NCBI GenBank assembly: GCA_046160525.1 | Contig: JBJXGQ010000406.1 | Coordinates: 1 to 51,195, forward strand | From: Burkholderiales bacterium | Lineage (GTDB): Bacteria > Pseudomonadota > Gammaproteobacteria > Burkholderiales > SHXO01 | Length of the DNA stretch: 51,195 nt | Direction of reading: 5' to 3' | Shown: positions 34,584 through 43,021 of the stretch, one piece after another | Numbering within the stretch: the stretch's first letter is position 1 | How the letters are laid out: every line of letters begins with the position of its first letter | Made by a program: the position numbers and the translations under genes | The notes under the pieces: model-generated | The model's database searches: none | Seen by the model: only the letters and a program-made list of their open reading frames with translations | Told to the model about the DNA's origin: nothing

Positions 34584-37325
34584 GTGATTCGGCTCAAACG
34601 CGAATACCAGTCCTGGGTAGCAAACGAAACGATGGAGGATTACGCGTTGCGCTACGCCGCGCGCTCCTACCGGCGCTGGTCACCGTTTGTTCTAGCCAAT
34701 ACCGCCATCGGCGGCATTTCCTTTCTCGCCCTGGAAGCCATCGGCGCAAGTATCACGGTGAGCTACGGGTTTCAGACCGCGTTCGCGGCGATCATCCTCG
34801 TGTCTGTGCTGATCTTTCTCATCAACTTGCCGATCGCCTATTACTCGACCATATCCAATGTCGATATCGATCTGCTGACGCGCGGGGCGGGTTTCGGTTA
34901 TATCGGTTCGACCTTGACTTCCCTTGTCTACGCCTCGTTCACGTTCATTTTCTTCGCGCTCGAAGCCGCGATCATGGCGCAGGCGCTCGAATTGGGTCTC
35001 GGACTCAACATCGCCATCGGCTATCTGCTGTGTTCCCTAGTCATCATTCCCCTGGTGTTCTTTGGCGTGACCCTGATCAATAAACTTCAGATGTGGACGC
35101 AGCCCATCTGGGTAGTGCTGCTCGTCTTGCCCTTCGCGTACATCCTTTATCGCGACCCCGGCGTGCTGGCCGCTTGGCGCTCCTATTCCGGTAACGCGGT
35201 GGCGAACGGGGAGTTCAATTTCCTTCATTTCGGTCTGGCCGCCGGCGTGTTGTTTTCCCTCGTCGTGCAGATCGGCGAGCAGGCCGACTACCTTCGCTTT
35301 CTGCCGGATAAGACGCCCAAGAACCGGTTCGCCTGGTGGTCCGCCCTGCTCGGCGCGGGGCCGGGTTGGATTGTCATCGGAGGGTTGAAGATCTTGGCCG
35401 GCAGTCTGCTCGCAGTGCTGGCGATCCGCGCCGGGGCCTCGGCGAGCGAAGCGGTCACGCCCATCAACATGTACATCAAGGCCTATGAGTATGTATTCGA
35501 CGACCGGGTTGTGATCCTGGCCGTGGCTGTCGTCTTCGTCGTCATCTCCCAGGTGAAGATCAACGTCACGAATGCCTACGCGGGCTCTCTGGCTTGGTCC
35601 AACAGCTTCGCGCGGCTTGCCCATTACCATCCGGGCCGCGTCGTCTGGCTCGTGTTCAATGTCCTGATCGCGCTGCTGCTCACGCTGCTCGGCATATTCG
35701 CCACGCTGGAGGCGGTGCTGCACGTCTACTCCAATGTCGCGACCGCCTGGATCGGCGCGCTGGTGGCCGATCTCGTCGTGCTCAAACCGGCGGGCATTAG
35801 CCCTCGTTACATCGAATTCAAACGAGCGCACCTGTACAACTTCAATCCCGTGGGTTGCGGGGCCATGTTGATCGCCTCGTTCATATCGCTCATCGCCTAC
35901 GCCGGTGTACTGGGCGAGGTTTGCCGCGCCTATTCGGTCTTCATTGCCTTGGTCACGGCGTTTTTCAGTGCGATCGTCATCGCCTACGCTACCCGCGGAA
36001 AGTACTACATCGCGCGTCCCGATCGACACTTTCGTAACCGCGATCCGGACGAGTTGGTTCGGTGCTGCATCTGCGAGAAGGAATATGAGCCGCTTGACAT
36101 GGCGCATTGCCCGTTTTACCAGGATCCGATTTGTTCGCTTTGCTGCGGCTTGGAGGGACATTGCCACGATTTCTGCAAGCGGCCCGATACGGCCAGGGTG
36201 GGTGATACCGAAGCGCATGTCGATCCAAAAGCGCATCTGGCGCCGCATTTTGGACGGCGGTTGGGCCGGTTCTTCGGGTTGTTCAGCATCGTGTCCGCGG
36301 TCATGGCAGCGGTATTTCTGCTGTCCTACCGCCTGCTCGATATCCATGACGCCGGCACCGGCACCGAGATGGCGAATATTTTCCTGCGCATCTATGCGGC
36401 GGCACTCGTTGTCATCGCGGTGGGTTCTTGGTGGATCGTTCTCTCTCACGAGAGCCGCGAACTGGCCGAGGGGGAATTGCTGCATTCGCTGCACCACCTT
36501 GAACTGACCCGGTCCGAACTGGTGGAATCCGAAAAAATGGCTTCCCTCGGCGGGTTGGTGGCGGGCGTGGCCCACGAGATCAATACGCCCGTGGGCATCA
36601 TCGTCGGTGCCGCGTCGTACCTGAGTGACCGGGCCGCGGAAATGCGCGCCAAGCTGGCCGCGGGTGGTTTGTCCGAAACGGATTTCGAGCGCTTCGTCCA
36701 TGATGCGTCCCAGTCGGCCCGTCTGCTGTCATCCAACGCCGGCCGTGCCGCGCAGATGGTGGAGAGCTTCAAGCGCGTTGCTGTCGATCAGACCAGCGAC
36801 GAACGGCGCCGCTTCGATCTTCGGGGGTACATGGAGGAAACTATTTTCAGTCTACGGCCCAAATTTCAAGGCACCCGGGTTACTACTCGCGTCGATTGTC
36901 CGCGGGGTATCGAAATGGACAGTTATCCTGGATCCTTCGCGCAAGTGCTAACCAATCTCCTGCTCAATTCGCTTCAGCATGCTTTCGATCCCGGCGCGTC
37001 CGGGGCGATCGTCATCACGGCCAAACCGGCCGGCGATGATGAAGTGGAGATCCGCTACCAAGACGATGGCCGCGGAATTCCCCAGGCCCTGCACGACAAG
37101 ATATTCCAGCCGTTCTTTACCACCCGGCGTGGCGCCGGTGGCAGTGGCCTGGGATTGCACCTCGTTTATAACATCGTCACACGCAGGCTCGGAGGCATGA
37201 TCGCCGTGGAAAACGCGTACCCAAGGGGAACCCTATTCACTTTACGTGTCGCGCGCATCGGTGGATCCGGCGCGCCGGTGGCCAGCGCCCTGCGTGGCCT
37301 GCCAGGGAGCAGCGCTCATGGTTAG
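34584..37325 (+). CDS. Membrane sensor histidine kinase with N-terminal NCS1/permease-like domain and Cys-rich linker
   Basis: REYQSWVANETMEDYALRY, DLLTRGAGFGYIGST, KINVTNAYAGSLAWSN; CCIC...CP....ICSLCC....CHDFCK; EKMASLGGLVAGVAHEINTP; NSLQHAF, DDGRG, PFFTT, GSGLGL. Start uncertain (ORF open from 34446). Confidence 0.85.
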   Translation: MIRLKREYQSWVANETMEDYALRYAARSYRRWSPFVLANTAIGGISFLALEAIGASITVSYGFQTAFAAIILVSVLIFLINLPIAYYSTISNVDIDLLTRGAGFGYIGSTLTSLVYASFTFIFFALEAAIMAQALELGLGLNIAIGYLLCSLVIIPLVFFGVTLINKLQMWTQPIWVVLLVLPFAYILYRDPGVLAAWRSYSGNAVANGEFNFLHFGLAAGVLFSLVVQIGEQADYLRFLPDKTPKNRFAWWSALLGAGPGWIVIGGLKILAGSLLAVLAIRAGASASEAVTPINMYIKAYEYVFDDRVVILAVAVVFVVISQVKINVTNAYAGSLAWSNSFARLAHYHPGRVVWLVFNVLIALLLTLLGIFATLEAVLHVYSNVATAWIGALVADLVVLKPAGISPRYIEFKRAHLYNFNPVGCGAMLIASFISLIAYAGVLGEVCRAYSVFIALVTAFFSAIVIAYATRGKYYIARPDRHFRNRDPDELVRCCICEKEYEPLDMAHCPFYQDPICSLCCGLEGHCHDFCKRPDTARVGDTEAHVDPKAHLAPHFGRRLGRFFGLFSIVSAVMAAVFLLSYRLLDIHDAGTGTEMANIFLRIYAAALVVIAVGSWWIVLSHESRELAEGELLHSLHHLELTRSELVESEKMASLGGLVAGVAHEINTPVGIIVGAASYLSDRAAEMRAKLAAGGLSETDFERFVHDASQSARLLSSNAGRAAQMVESFKRVAVDQTSDERRRFDLRGYMEETIFSLRPKFQGTRVTTRVDCPRGIEMDSYPGSFAQVLTNLLLNSLQHAFDPGASGAIVITAKPAGDDEVEIRYQDDGRGIPQALHDKIFQPFFTTRRGAGGSGLGLHLVYNIVTRRLGGMIAVENAYPRGTLFTLRVARIGGSGAPVASALRGLPGSSAHG

Positions 37326-38628
37326 CGAACTGGGGAGAAATTTCGGCAGGGGAGGGCAGCCGGCTTCGGGCGCGGCCCAGGATCGTTGGTTGGTGCTGCT
37401 CGTGGACGATGAACCGCAGATACACGAGGTCACCAAGATGGTTCTCGCCGGCACCGAGTACGACGGCCTCCCGGTCGAGATTCATAGTGCGTATTCGGCG
37501 TTGGAGGCCAAGGCGGTGCTGGAGCAACATCCTCAAACCGCGCTCGTGTTGCTCGATGTGGTCATGGAGAGCGATGAAGCGGGTCTCGCGCTGGTGCATA
37601 CTATCCGCGACGAACTCGGTAACGCGGACGTCCAGATTGTGTTGCGTACCGGACAGCCGGGGATCGCGCCGGAACGCGAGGTGATCCTCAAATACGACAT
37701 CAACGGTTATTTTCTCAAGACCGAGATCACCGCCCGCAAACTCTACTCGATCGTGATCTCGTCGCTGCGGGCGTTTCAGTACATCAAGGCCCTCAAGCCG
37801 AGAGAAACCGCCGCGAACATTCTTCCAGGCGGGTTTCCTCGCGCACAACGTAGGTATGAGTTGGAGGACGAGGTCATCAAAGCCATTGAAACGGGCGAAA
37901 CCCATCTCTCGGCGCAGCCGCAGCTCCATCTGGCCTCCGATACCATTGTGGGCGTGGAAGTCCTCGCCCATGTGAGGACAAGCGGGGGAATTGCAGGCCC
38001 GTCACGTTTAGCCAGCGCCATTGGGGACCAGGAGCTGAGGCTGCGCATCGATGATTGGCTTCTCAGGCTCGCCTGCGGCTGGGCGCGGAGTTGGCAATCG
38101 CTGAATCTACCGGTATTCCGCGTATCGGTACCGGTGTTGACGGACCAGGTGTGGGATTGCCAGTTTCTATCGATGCTCGAAAAGTGCCTGGCGGATACCG
38201 CGCTCCCGCGCGGCACGCTGGATCTGGAGGTGCCGGAAACCTTGGTGTTGGGAGAGCAGGCGCCCGTGCGGGACGCCCTGGCGTTCATGCAGCAAAAGGG
38301 CGTATCCGTGACGTTGGTGGATTTCGGATCGGGAATGATTTCCTTGCCGCATTTGCAGCGGCTGCTTCCGGACCGGCTCAAAATTCACAGATCCTTCGTG
38401 CGCAACGCCGCCAACGACCGGGAGAGATCCGCGATCGCCAGAACCATTATCGCGCTTGCCCACACTTTGGGCATTACTGCCGTGGCCGATGGTATCTCCA
38501 CCGAACTCGAGTACCAGTTCTTCAAGTGGGAAGGCTGCGATATTGGCCAGGGCGATTTTCTCGCCCGGCCCATGGCGGCCGCCGAGGTGAGTGACGTAAT
38601 ACTATCCAAGGGACGGCCGGCTCATTGA
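37318..38628 (+). CDS. Response regulator, REC plus degenerate EAL domain
   Basis: VDDEP, LLDVVME, LRTGQPG, KTE receiver; EAL-like QPQL..L..D.IVGVEVL with substituted catalytic motifs; overlaps the kinase stop. Confidence 0.85.
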   Translation: MVSELGRNFGRGGQPASGAAQDRWLVLLVDDEPQIHEVTKMVLAGTEYDGLPVEIHSAYSALEAKAVLEQHPQTALVLLDVVMESDEAGLALVHTIRDELGNADVQIVLRTGQPGIAPEREVILKYDINGYFLKTEITARKLYSIVISSLRAFQYIKALKPRETAANILPGGFPRAQRRYELEDEVIKAIETGETHLSAQPQLHLASDTIVGVEVLAHVRTSGGIAGPSRLASAIGDQELRLRIDDWLLRLACGWARSWQSLNLPVFRVSVPVLTDQVWDCQFLSMLEKCLADTALPRGTLDLEVPETLVLGEQAPVRDALAFMQQKGVSVTLVDFGSGMISLPHLQRLLPDRLKIHRSFVRNAANDRERSAIARTIIALAHTLGITAVADGISTELEYQFFKWEGCDIGQGDFLARPMAAAEVSDVILSKGRPAH

Positions 38629-38700
38629 CTCGCGGACCCTCTTATAGATTTACTGTTGACAGAATTGGAGAAGAAATTGCGAAACGGTGATCTGGTTTTG

Positions 38701-38766
38701 GGGGATCAACAAGGGGATCGCCCCTTGTTCCTCTTGGGGGATAAACAAGGGGTTCTCCCCTTGTTC
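38701..38766. repeat. Tandem pair of REP-like palindromes
   Basis: AACAAGGGG-atcg-CCCCTTGTT (38708-38729) and AACAAGGGG-ttct-CCCCTTGTT (38744-38765), each preceded by GGGGAT. Confidence 0.75.
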
Positions 38767-38871
38767 GTAACATGATTGTTGCCGAAGCGAGTGCATGCGT
38801 TTTGGTTCCGGCTATGCCGGCTTAGGGCTCTGCCGCTGAAAGCGCATCATTCCTTCGCAACCTTGACGCCA

Positions 38872-39483
38872 ATGCGGAATCCTCCGCCAAAAGTTCAATC
38901 CCAAGCACCCCGTCGGCTTGGCCGCGATGATTTCAACCAGCCCACGCTCAAGGTGGCCAAGCACCTGATCGGCAAGTTCATCGTGCGGCGGCAAGGGCGC
39001 CATCTACTTTGGGGGATGATTACCGAGGCCGAAGCCTACAAGGGGCCCAGGGACCGGGCGGCGCATTCCTTCGGCGGGCGGCGCACGGCGCGGGTGGAAC
39101 CGCTCTACGGCGAGGGCGGCACGGTGTACGTCTACCTGATTTATGGCATGCATTGGATGCTCAACTTCAGCACCGCTGGCGCGGGTCTTCCTGAAGGTCT
39201 ATTGATTCGCGGAATCCTCGCTCCCATGGAAGGAGAAGACATTTATCTCGCGGGACCAGGGCGGGTCACGAAGTATCTTGCCATCGGCAAGTCCCTCGAC
39301 CGCGCGGACAGTACATCGTCGAAAAAAATCTGGATCGAGGACCGCGGTGTTCGAATTCCACCCAAAGCGATCCAGCGCGGGCCGCGCATCGGCATCGGCT
39401 ACGCCGGGGATTACTGGGCTGCCCGGCCATGGAGGTTCTGGATCGGCGCGGTCGTGGCATCCCATGCCGCGGCACGGATCTAA
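38872..39483 (+). CDS. mpg: DNA-3-methyladenine glycosylase (AAG/Mpg family)
   Basis: VAK.LIGK, ITEAEAY.G..D.A.H, YVYLIYGMHWMLN, LIRG, GPGRVT, GPRIGI.YA......PWRF. Confidence 0.9.
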   Translation: MRNPPPKVQSQAPRRLGRDDFNQPTLKVAKHLIGKFIVRRQGRHLLWGMITEAEAYKGPRDRAAHSFGGRRTARVEPLYGEGGTVYVYLIYGMHWMLNFSTAGAGLPEGLLIRGILAPMEGEDIYLAGPGRVTKYLAIGKSLDRADSTSSKKIWIEDRGVRIPPKAIQRGPRIGIGYAGDYWAARPWRFWIGAVVASHAAARI

Positions 39484-39527
39484 TGCCGTTGTGCGATGAG
39501 CAACGCTAATGACTCGCTCTTCGCGCC

Positions 39528-40928
39528 TCAATATCCCTTCGGCCTAGGCCAAGTCATGGTGAATTGATCTCCGCGCTTCACGTACTTGTAGCGGTGAAAC
39601 GCGAACCAGATGGAAGCCAGGATATAGAAGGCCATGATGGACAGCAGCATGTCGCTGTAGCCCAGGTAAGTGGCGAAGTACACCGCCGCGCATAGTATGA
39701 GCAAGATGATCGCGGTCCATGGGTGGAAGGGATGCACGTACCCACGGTGGATGGAGCCCAAGGGCCAAAGCTTGCGGAAGCGCAGCATGTTGAAGGACAT
39801 GAAGGTGTAGCCCAGCAGGCCAGAGAGGATGGAGAATCCGATCACTAAATCGAGCCGGGTGTAGAACAAGAGCGCGAATACCACGGCGATGGGGATGAGG
39901 AAAATGATCGCGCGATAGGGCGTGCGGTAGCGCGGGTGCACCGCTCCGAACCACTTGGGCATGTAACGGTCACGGCCCATGGAGAACCAGGAGCGCGAGG
40001 CATCGTTGATGCAACCATTGGCCGAAGCCAGTGCGGCGAAGAGGGTGCCGGCAAACATGATGGCTTGCAGCGCGCCGCCGCCCGTGAGTTTGGCCGCATC
40101 GTAGAGGGGAGTGTAGGCTTGGCCGAGGTATTGCCAAGGCATCAACCCGGAGGCGACGTACCAAGTGATGGATGCGGCGATGAGCAATGTAATCATTCCG
40201 CTCATGGTGCCCAGCGGAATGGAGCGGCCCGCCGAGCGTACTTCTTCGGCGGCCTGGCAGGTGCCCTCGATGCCAAGGTAGTACCACATGCCGAACTGCA
40301 ACGCGCCGATGGCGCCGATCCAGCCATAGGGCAGATCGGTGAAGAGTTCCTTGTGCAGCAGAACCTTGCCGGGCTGGAAGGGCGACACACTGAAAAACAA
40401 GACAATGATGGATAGGAAGGCGATGGCGGTGATCACGAAGTTCACGTTGAGCGTCGCGTATACCCCGCGGTAGTTGAGCCACGCCAGCACGGCAATGGTG
40501 AGCACGATGAAGGGCTTGACGTCGAGATCGGCGTAGCCGGTCTCCCCTGCGAAGGACTTGATCAAATCCCCCACCACGATGGCGTTACTCGCTTCCAGCA
40601 TCGTGTAAGCCATTACCAAGTACAAGCCCACGTTGAAGGCCATGAGCGGGCCGATGATGTGTTTTGCCTGCGTGTACTGCCCGCCTGCCGCGGCCACCGT
40701 GGAGGTGACTTCGGAGTCGATCATGGCAACACAGGTGTAGAGCAGGCCGATGTACCAGCACGCGATGAGCGCGCCCCAGGCGCCGCCCTTTGCCAGGGAA
40801 AAATTCCAGCCCGTGAACTCCCCCACCAACACGATGCCCACGCCTAGTGCCCATACGTGAACGGGCCCCAGAACTTTTCTCAGGCTGATACGCTGCCCGC
40901 TGCCTTGCCCTGCTGCCGCTGTTGCCAT
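39528..40928 (-). CDS. APC-family amino acid/amine permease (ethanolamine-permease-like), probable methylamine transporter
   Basis: L.K.LGP..VWALGVGIVLVGEF.GWN, WYYLGIEG...AAEE, SMGRDRY.P.....VHPRY.TP; about 12 TM helices; context. Confidence 0.8.
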   Translation of the reverse strand: MATAAAGQGSGQRISLRKVLGPVHVWALGVGIVLVGEFTGWNFSLAKGGAWGALIACWYIGLLYTCVAMIDSEVTSTVAAAGGQYTQAKHIIGPLMAFNVGLYLVMAYTMLEASNAIVVGDLIKSFAGETGYADLDVKPFIVLTIAVLAWLNYRGVYATLNVNFVITAIAFLSIIVLFFSVSPFQPGKVLLHKELFTDLPYGWIGAIGALQFGMWYYLGIEGTCQAAEEVRSAGRSIPLGTMSGMITLLIAASITWYVASGLMPWQYLGQAYTPLYDAAKLTGGGALQAIMFAGTLFAALASANGCINDASRSWFSMGRDRYMPKWFGAVHPRYRTPYRAIIFLIPIAVVFALLFYTRLDLVIGFSILSGLLGYTFMSFNMLRFRKLWPLGSIHRGYVHPFHPWTAIILLILCAAVYFATYLGYSDMLLSIMAFYILASIWFAFHRYKYVKRGDQFTMTWPRPKGY

Positions 40929-40952
40929 GACCTACTCCCGTATTGTGGTGGC

Positions 40953-41093
40953 TTATTCCTCGCCCTCGCGGGAACTCATCAGGAAGTCTTCCTCGTATTG
41001 TTTATTGACCGCGATGGCATCGAGGATCATCCAGCCGAACAGCAAGATGGAAACGATCCACGCGGCGTAGTTGAGCAAAGTCCACACGTTCAT
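40953..41093 (-). CDS. 46-aa single-TM small protein (absent from the supplied ORF track)
   Basis: MNVWTLLNYAAWIVSILLFGWMILDAIAVNKQYEEDFLMSSREGEE*; AAGGAG RBS; fills the gap in a co-oriented operon. Confidence 0.75.
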   Translation of the reverse strand: MNVWTLLNYAAWIVSILLFGWMILDAIAVNKQYEEDFLMSSREGEE

Positions 41094-41112
41094 GTTTTCT
41101 CCTTTTCAGAAC

Positions 41113-41517
41113 TCATGACTTGCCGAAGCGCTCCGCGATCACCTCGCGGTACTCACGGTCCGAGATGCGCAACAGGAGGGCGAAATAACCTACGATCACT
41201 ATGACCGTGATCCACAGCCAGTGGGAGCGCAGATCTTTATCGAAATCGAATTTGGTTTCGATGAGCCCTTTCGCATCGGCGGGCTTTTTGCCCAGTTTTT
41301 CCCACTGCTGCGCTTGCACGCTGCTTTGGCCCAGGCTTTCCCAAGTGGGCTCGGCAGGCGCGGGCTGCTCGGCTGCCGCAGGTGCGGCGGCTTGCTCCGC
41401 GGCCTGTTTCTTCTTGAGTTCAAAAGGTAGTAACAGACACAGGAATAACAGCACCAAAATCAGCAAGCTATCGATGATCTGCCCGGCACCGCTTTGTTTG
41501 GGGGGTTGGTAAGCCAT
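41113..41517 (-). CDS. Two-TM hypothetical membrane protein
   Basis: TM, PTWESLGQ..VQ..QWEKLG loop, TM, SDREYREVI.ERFG; co-oriented with the permease. Confidence 0.75.
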   Translation of the reverse strand: MAYQPPKQSGAGQIIDSLLILVLLFLCLLLPFELKKKQAAEQAAAPAAAEQPAPAEPTWESLGQSSVQAQQWEKLGKKPADAKGLIETKFDFDKDLRSHWLWITVIVIVGYFALLLRISDREYREVIAERFGKS

Positions 41518-41518
41518 C

Positions 41519-41803
41519 TCATGCCTCCTTCGATTCGTCCATGTGGCGAATGTCCAGGCCGTAGATATGCTCCTTGTCCTGCCTGTAATGCCCGATCATC
41601 GCAAACATGGAGGCGGTGTTGAACAAAAGCAGGAGCGCCGCGCCGATAATCAGCACGACTCGCAAACTGGCGCTTGCGATCAGCGGAGCGATGGCGAAGT
41701 AGGTAAACAAGATGGTGAGCCAGAGCACGATGACGAAAGCGTACGCCATCATGCGGTCGCGCGAGAACATGCGCTCCACGCGGGTGGATATAGCAGGATC
41801 CAT
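41519..41803 (-). CDS. Two-TM hypothetical membrane protein
   Basis: GGAGGAG RBS; FNTASM.AMI.HY..DK.HIYGLDIRH.D. Confidence 0.75.
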   Translation of the reverse strand: MDPAISTRVERMFSRDRMMAYAFVIVLWLTILFTYFAIAPLIASASLRVVLIIGAALLLLFNTASMFAMIGHYRQDKEHIYGLDIRHMDESKEA

Positions 41804-41843
41804 CGTCTTCTCCTCCAATCTTATGAGCGCGGGGTGAACCCCG

Positions 41844-41860
41844 TGCAATATTTTTTCCAG
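41844..41860 (-). promoter_or_regulatory. Candidate sigma54 -24/-12 promoter for the permease operon
   Basis: Minus strand CTGGAAAAAATATTGCA has TGG-N8-TTGCA with exact spacing, about 40 nt upstream of the start. Confidence 0.55.
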
Positions 41861-41930
41861 CGGCGATATATCTACGTGCGCGGCGCGGCGCTGTCAATAA
41901 AATTCGATGTTGCGGCGCGAAAGACGCAGC

Positions 41931-42881
41931 TTAGAAGCGCATGCTTATGCCCGCACTCGCGGCCCAGTCCGCCGCCAACTGGATACCGTTGGCGTGCTGG
42001 TAGAGGGGGAGTTGCAAGAAGGCGTACAGGCGCACGTTTCTGCTGGCGGACACGCTGATGCCGGGCGAGAAGTAAACGAACTTGCCTCCCGAGTCCTCGG
42101 CCTCCGCTTCCTCGCTCTGGTCGTGGCCGCGATGCAGCAGGTTGAGTTGCGCCAGCAACGCGATACGCTCGCCCAAGGGGTAACGTAGGCCAATATCAAT
42201 GGACGTACGCGTTCCGGGTTGGAAGTGCTCGCGTTCGGCGAAGGGCCGTTGAATTTGAATCTGCGCGAAGGTATCCACGGTTTGCATGGCACGGTGAACG
42301 AATACGCCGGCAATCCAGTCCGTGGTGCCCGTTCCCGGTTGCAGGGTGCGCTCGGCTAGTTCGCCTTCGTCGTTGCGCACATCGTGTTTTCCCGTTGGGA
42401 GTTTCAATCCGGCGCTGAGTCCCCAACTGAATGCGGCACCCTCCGGTGCGTTCGCCTGGTAGCGCCCCAGAATGCGGGCATCGCCCATCTCCTGGTAGGA
42501 CCAAGCTTCGGGCAAGTCTTCGCCCAGGTGATGGTGTATGTGATGATGTGTGCGGCTCGAATAGGGAAGGGCCAAGGACAGGCCCCACTGGCTATTGAAG
42601 GAGTGATCCAGTGTGGCGATCCAGTTGCGGTTGATGGTGCGAACTTCGTCGTGGTGCCCGGTCACCTCGTCCGGGGGGACTTTCTGGCTGCCTCGCCGGC
42701 GGTGGTCCTGGTCTATGTACTCGAAGCGCACATCTAGCCGCGTTTTCCCGTCCAGAAGCACTCCCTGGACTTCCCAGTCCGTGTTGACGGCGCACACGGC
42801 TTGGCCGCAATTGGCGCTACCGTGAGTGCTGAAAACGGTGGCTGCGAGAACAAGGAATGCGGCAAGTATGAAGCGGGGCAT
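41931..42881 (-). CDS. His-rich outer-membrane beta-barrel protein, putative metal-related transporter
   Basis: Signal peptide, N-terminal CGQAVC, GHHDE, HHHIHHH, GLKLPTG, LQPGTGTTD, alternating beta-strands, C-terminal Phe. Confidence 0.7.
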   Translation of the reverse strand: MPRFILAAFLVLAATVFSTHGSANCGQAVCAVNTDWEVQGVLLDGKTRLDVRFEYIDQDHRRRGSQKVPPDEVTGHHDEVRTINRNWIATLDHSFNSQWGLSLALPYSSRTHHHIHHHLGEDLPEAWSYQEMGDARILGRYQANAPEGAAFSWGLSAGLKLPTGKHDVRNDEGELAERTLQPGTGTTDWIAGVFVHRAMQTVDTFAQIQIQRPFAEREHFQPGTRTSIDIGLRYPLGERIALLAQLNLLHRGHDQSEEAEAEDSGGKFVYFSPGISVSASRNVRLYAFLQLPLYQHANGIQLAADWAASAGISMRF

Positions 42882-42942
42882 TTGTTGCGTTCGGAAAAAC
42901 GTAGGGCCATGCATCCTACCGGCGCCCGCGCGCCCTGGGAAT

Positions 42943-42957
42943 GCGACATGTTGCCGC
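42943..42957 (-). promoter_or_regulatory. RegA/RegR-type binding site
   Basis: Minus strand GCGGC-AACAT-GTCGC equals the RegR-box consensus GCGGC-N5-GTCGC, between the OM gene and regB. Confidence 0.7.
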
Positions 42958-43021
42958 ACCCCCCTGAAAAAATATCCTGTCGAGAGGCGAACTGAGTAGC
43001 ATGGTTTGTACAATGGTACTC

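Noticed and set aside
35037-36701. 554-aa antisense ORF over the sensor kinase
   Set aside because: Mirror frame of a hydrophobic membrane gene; no independent support
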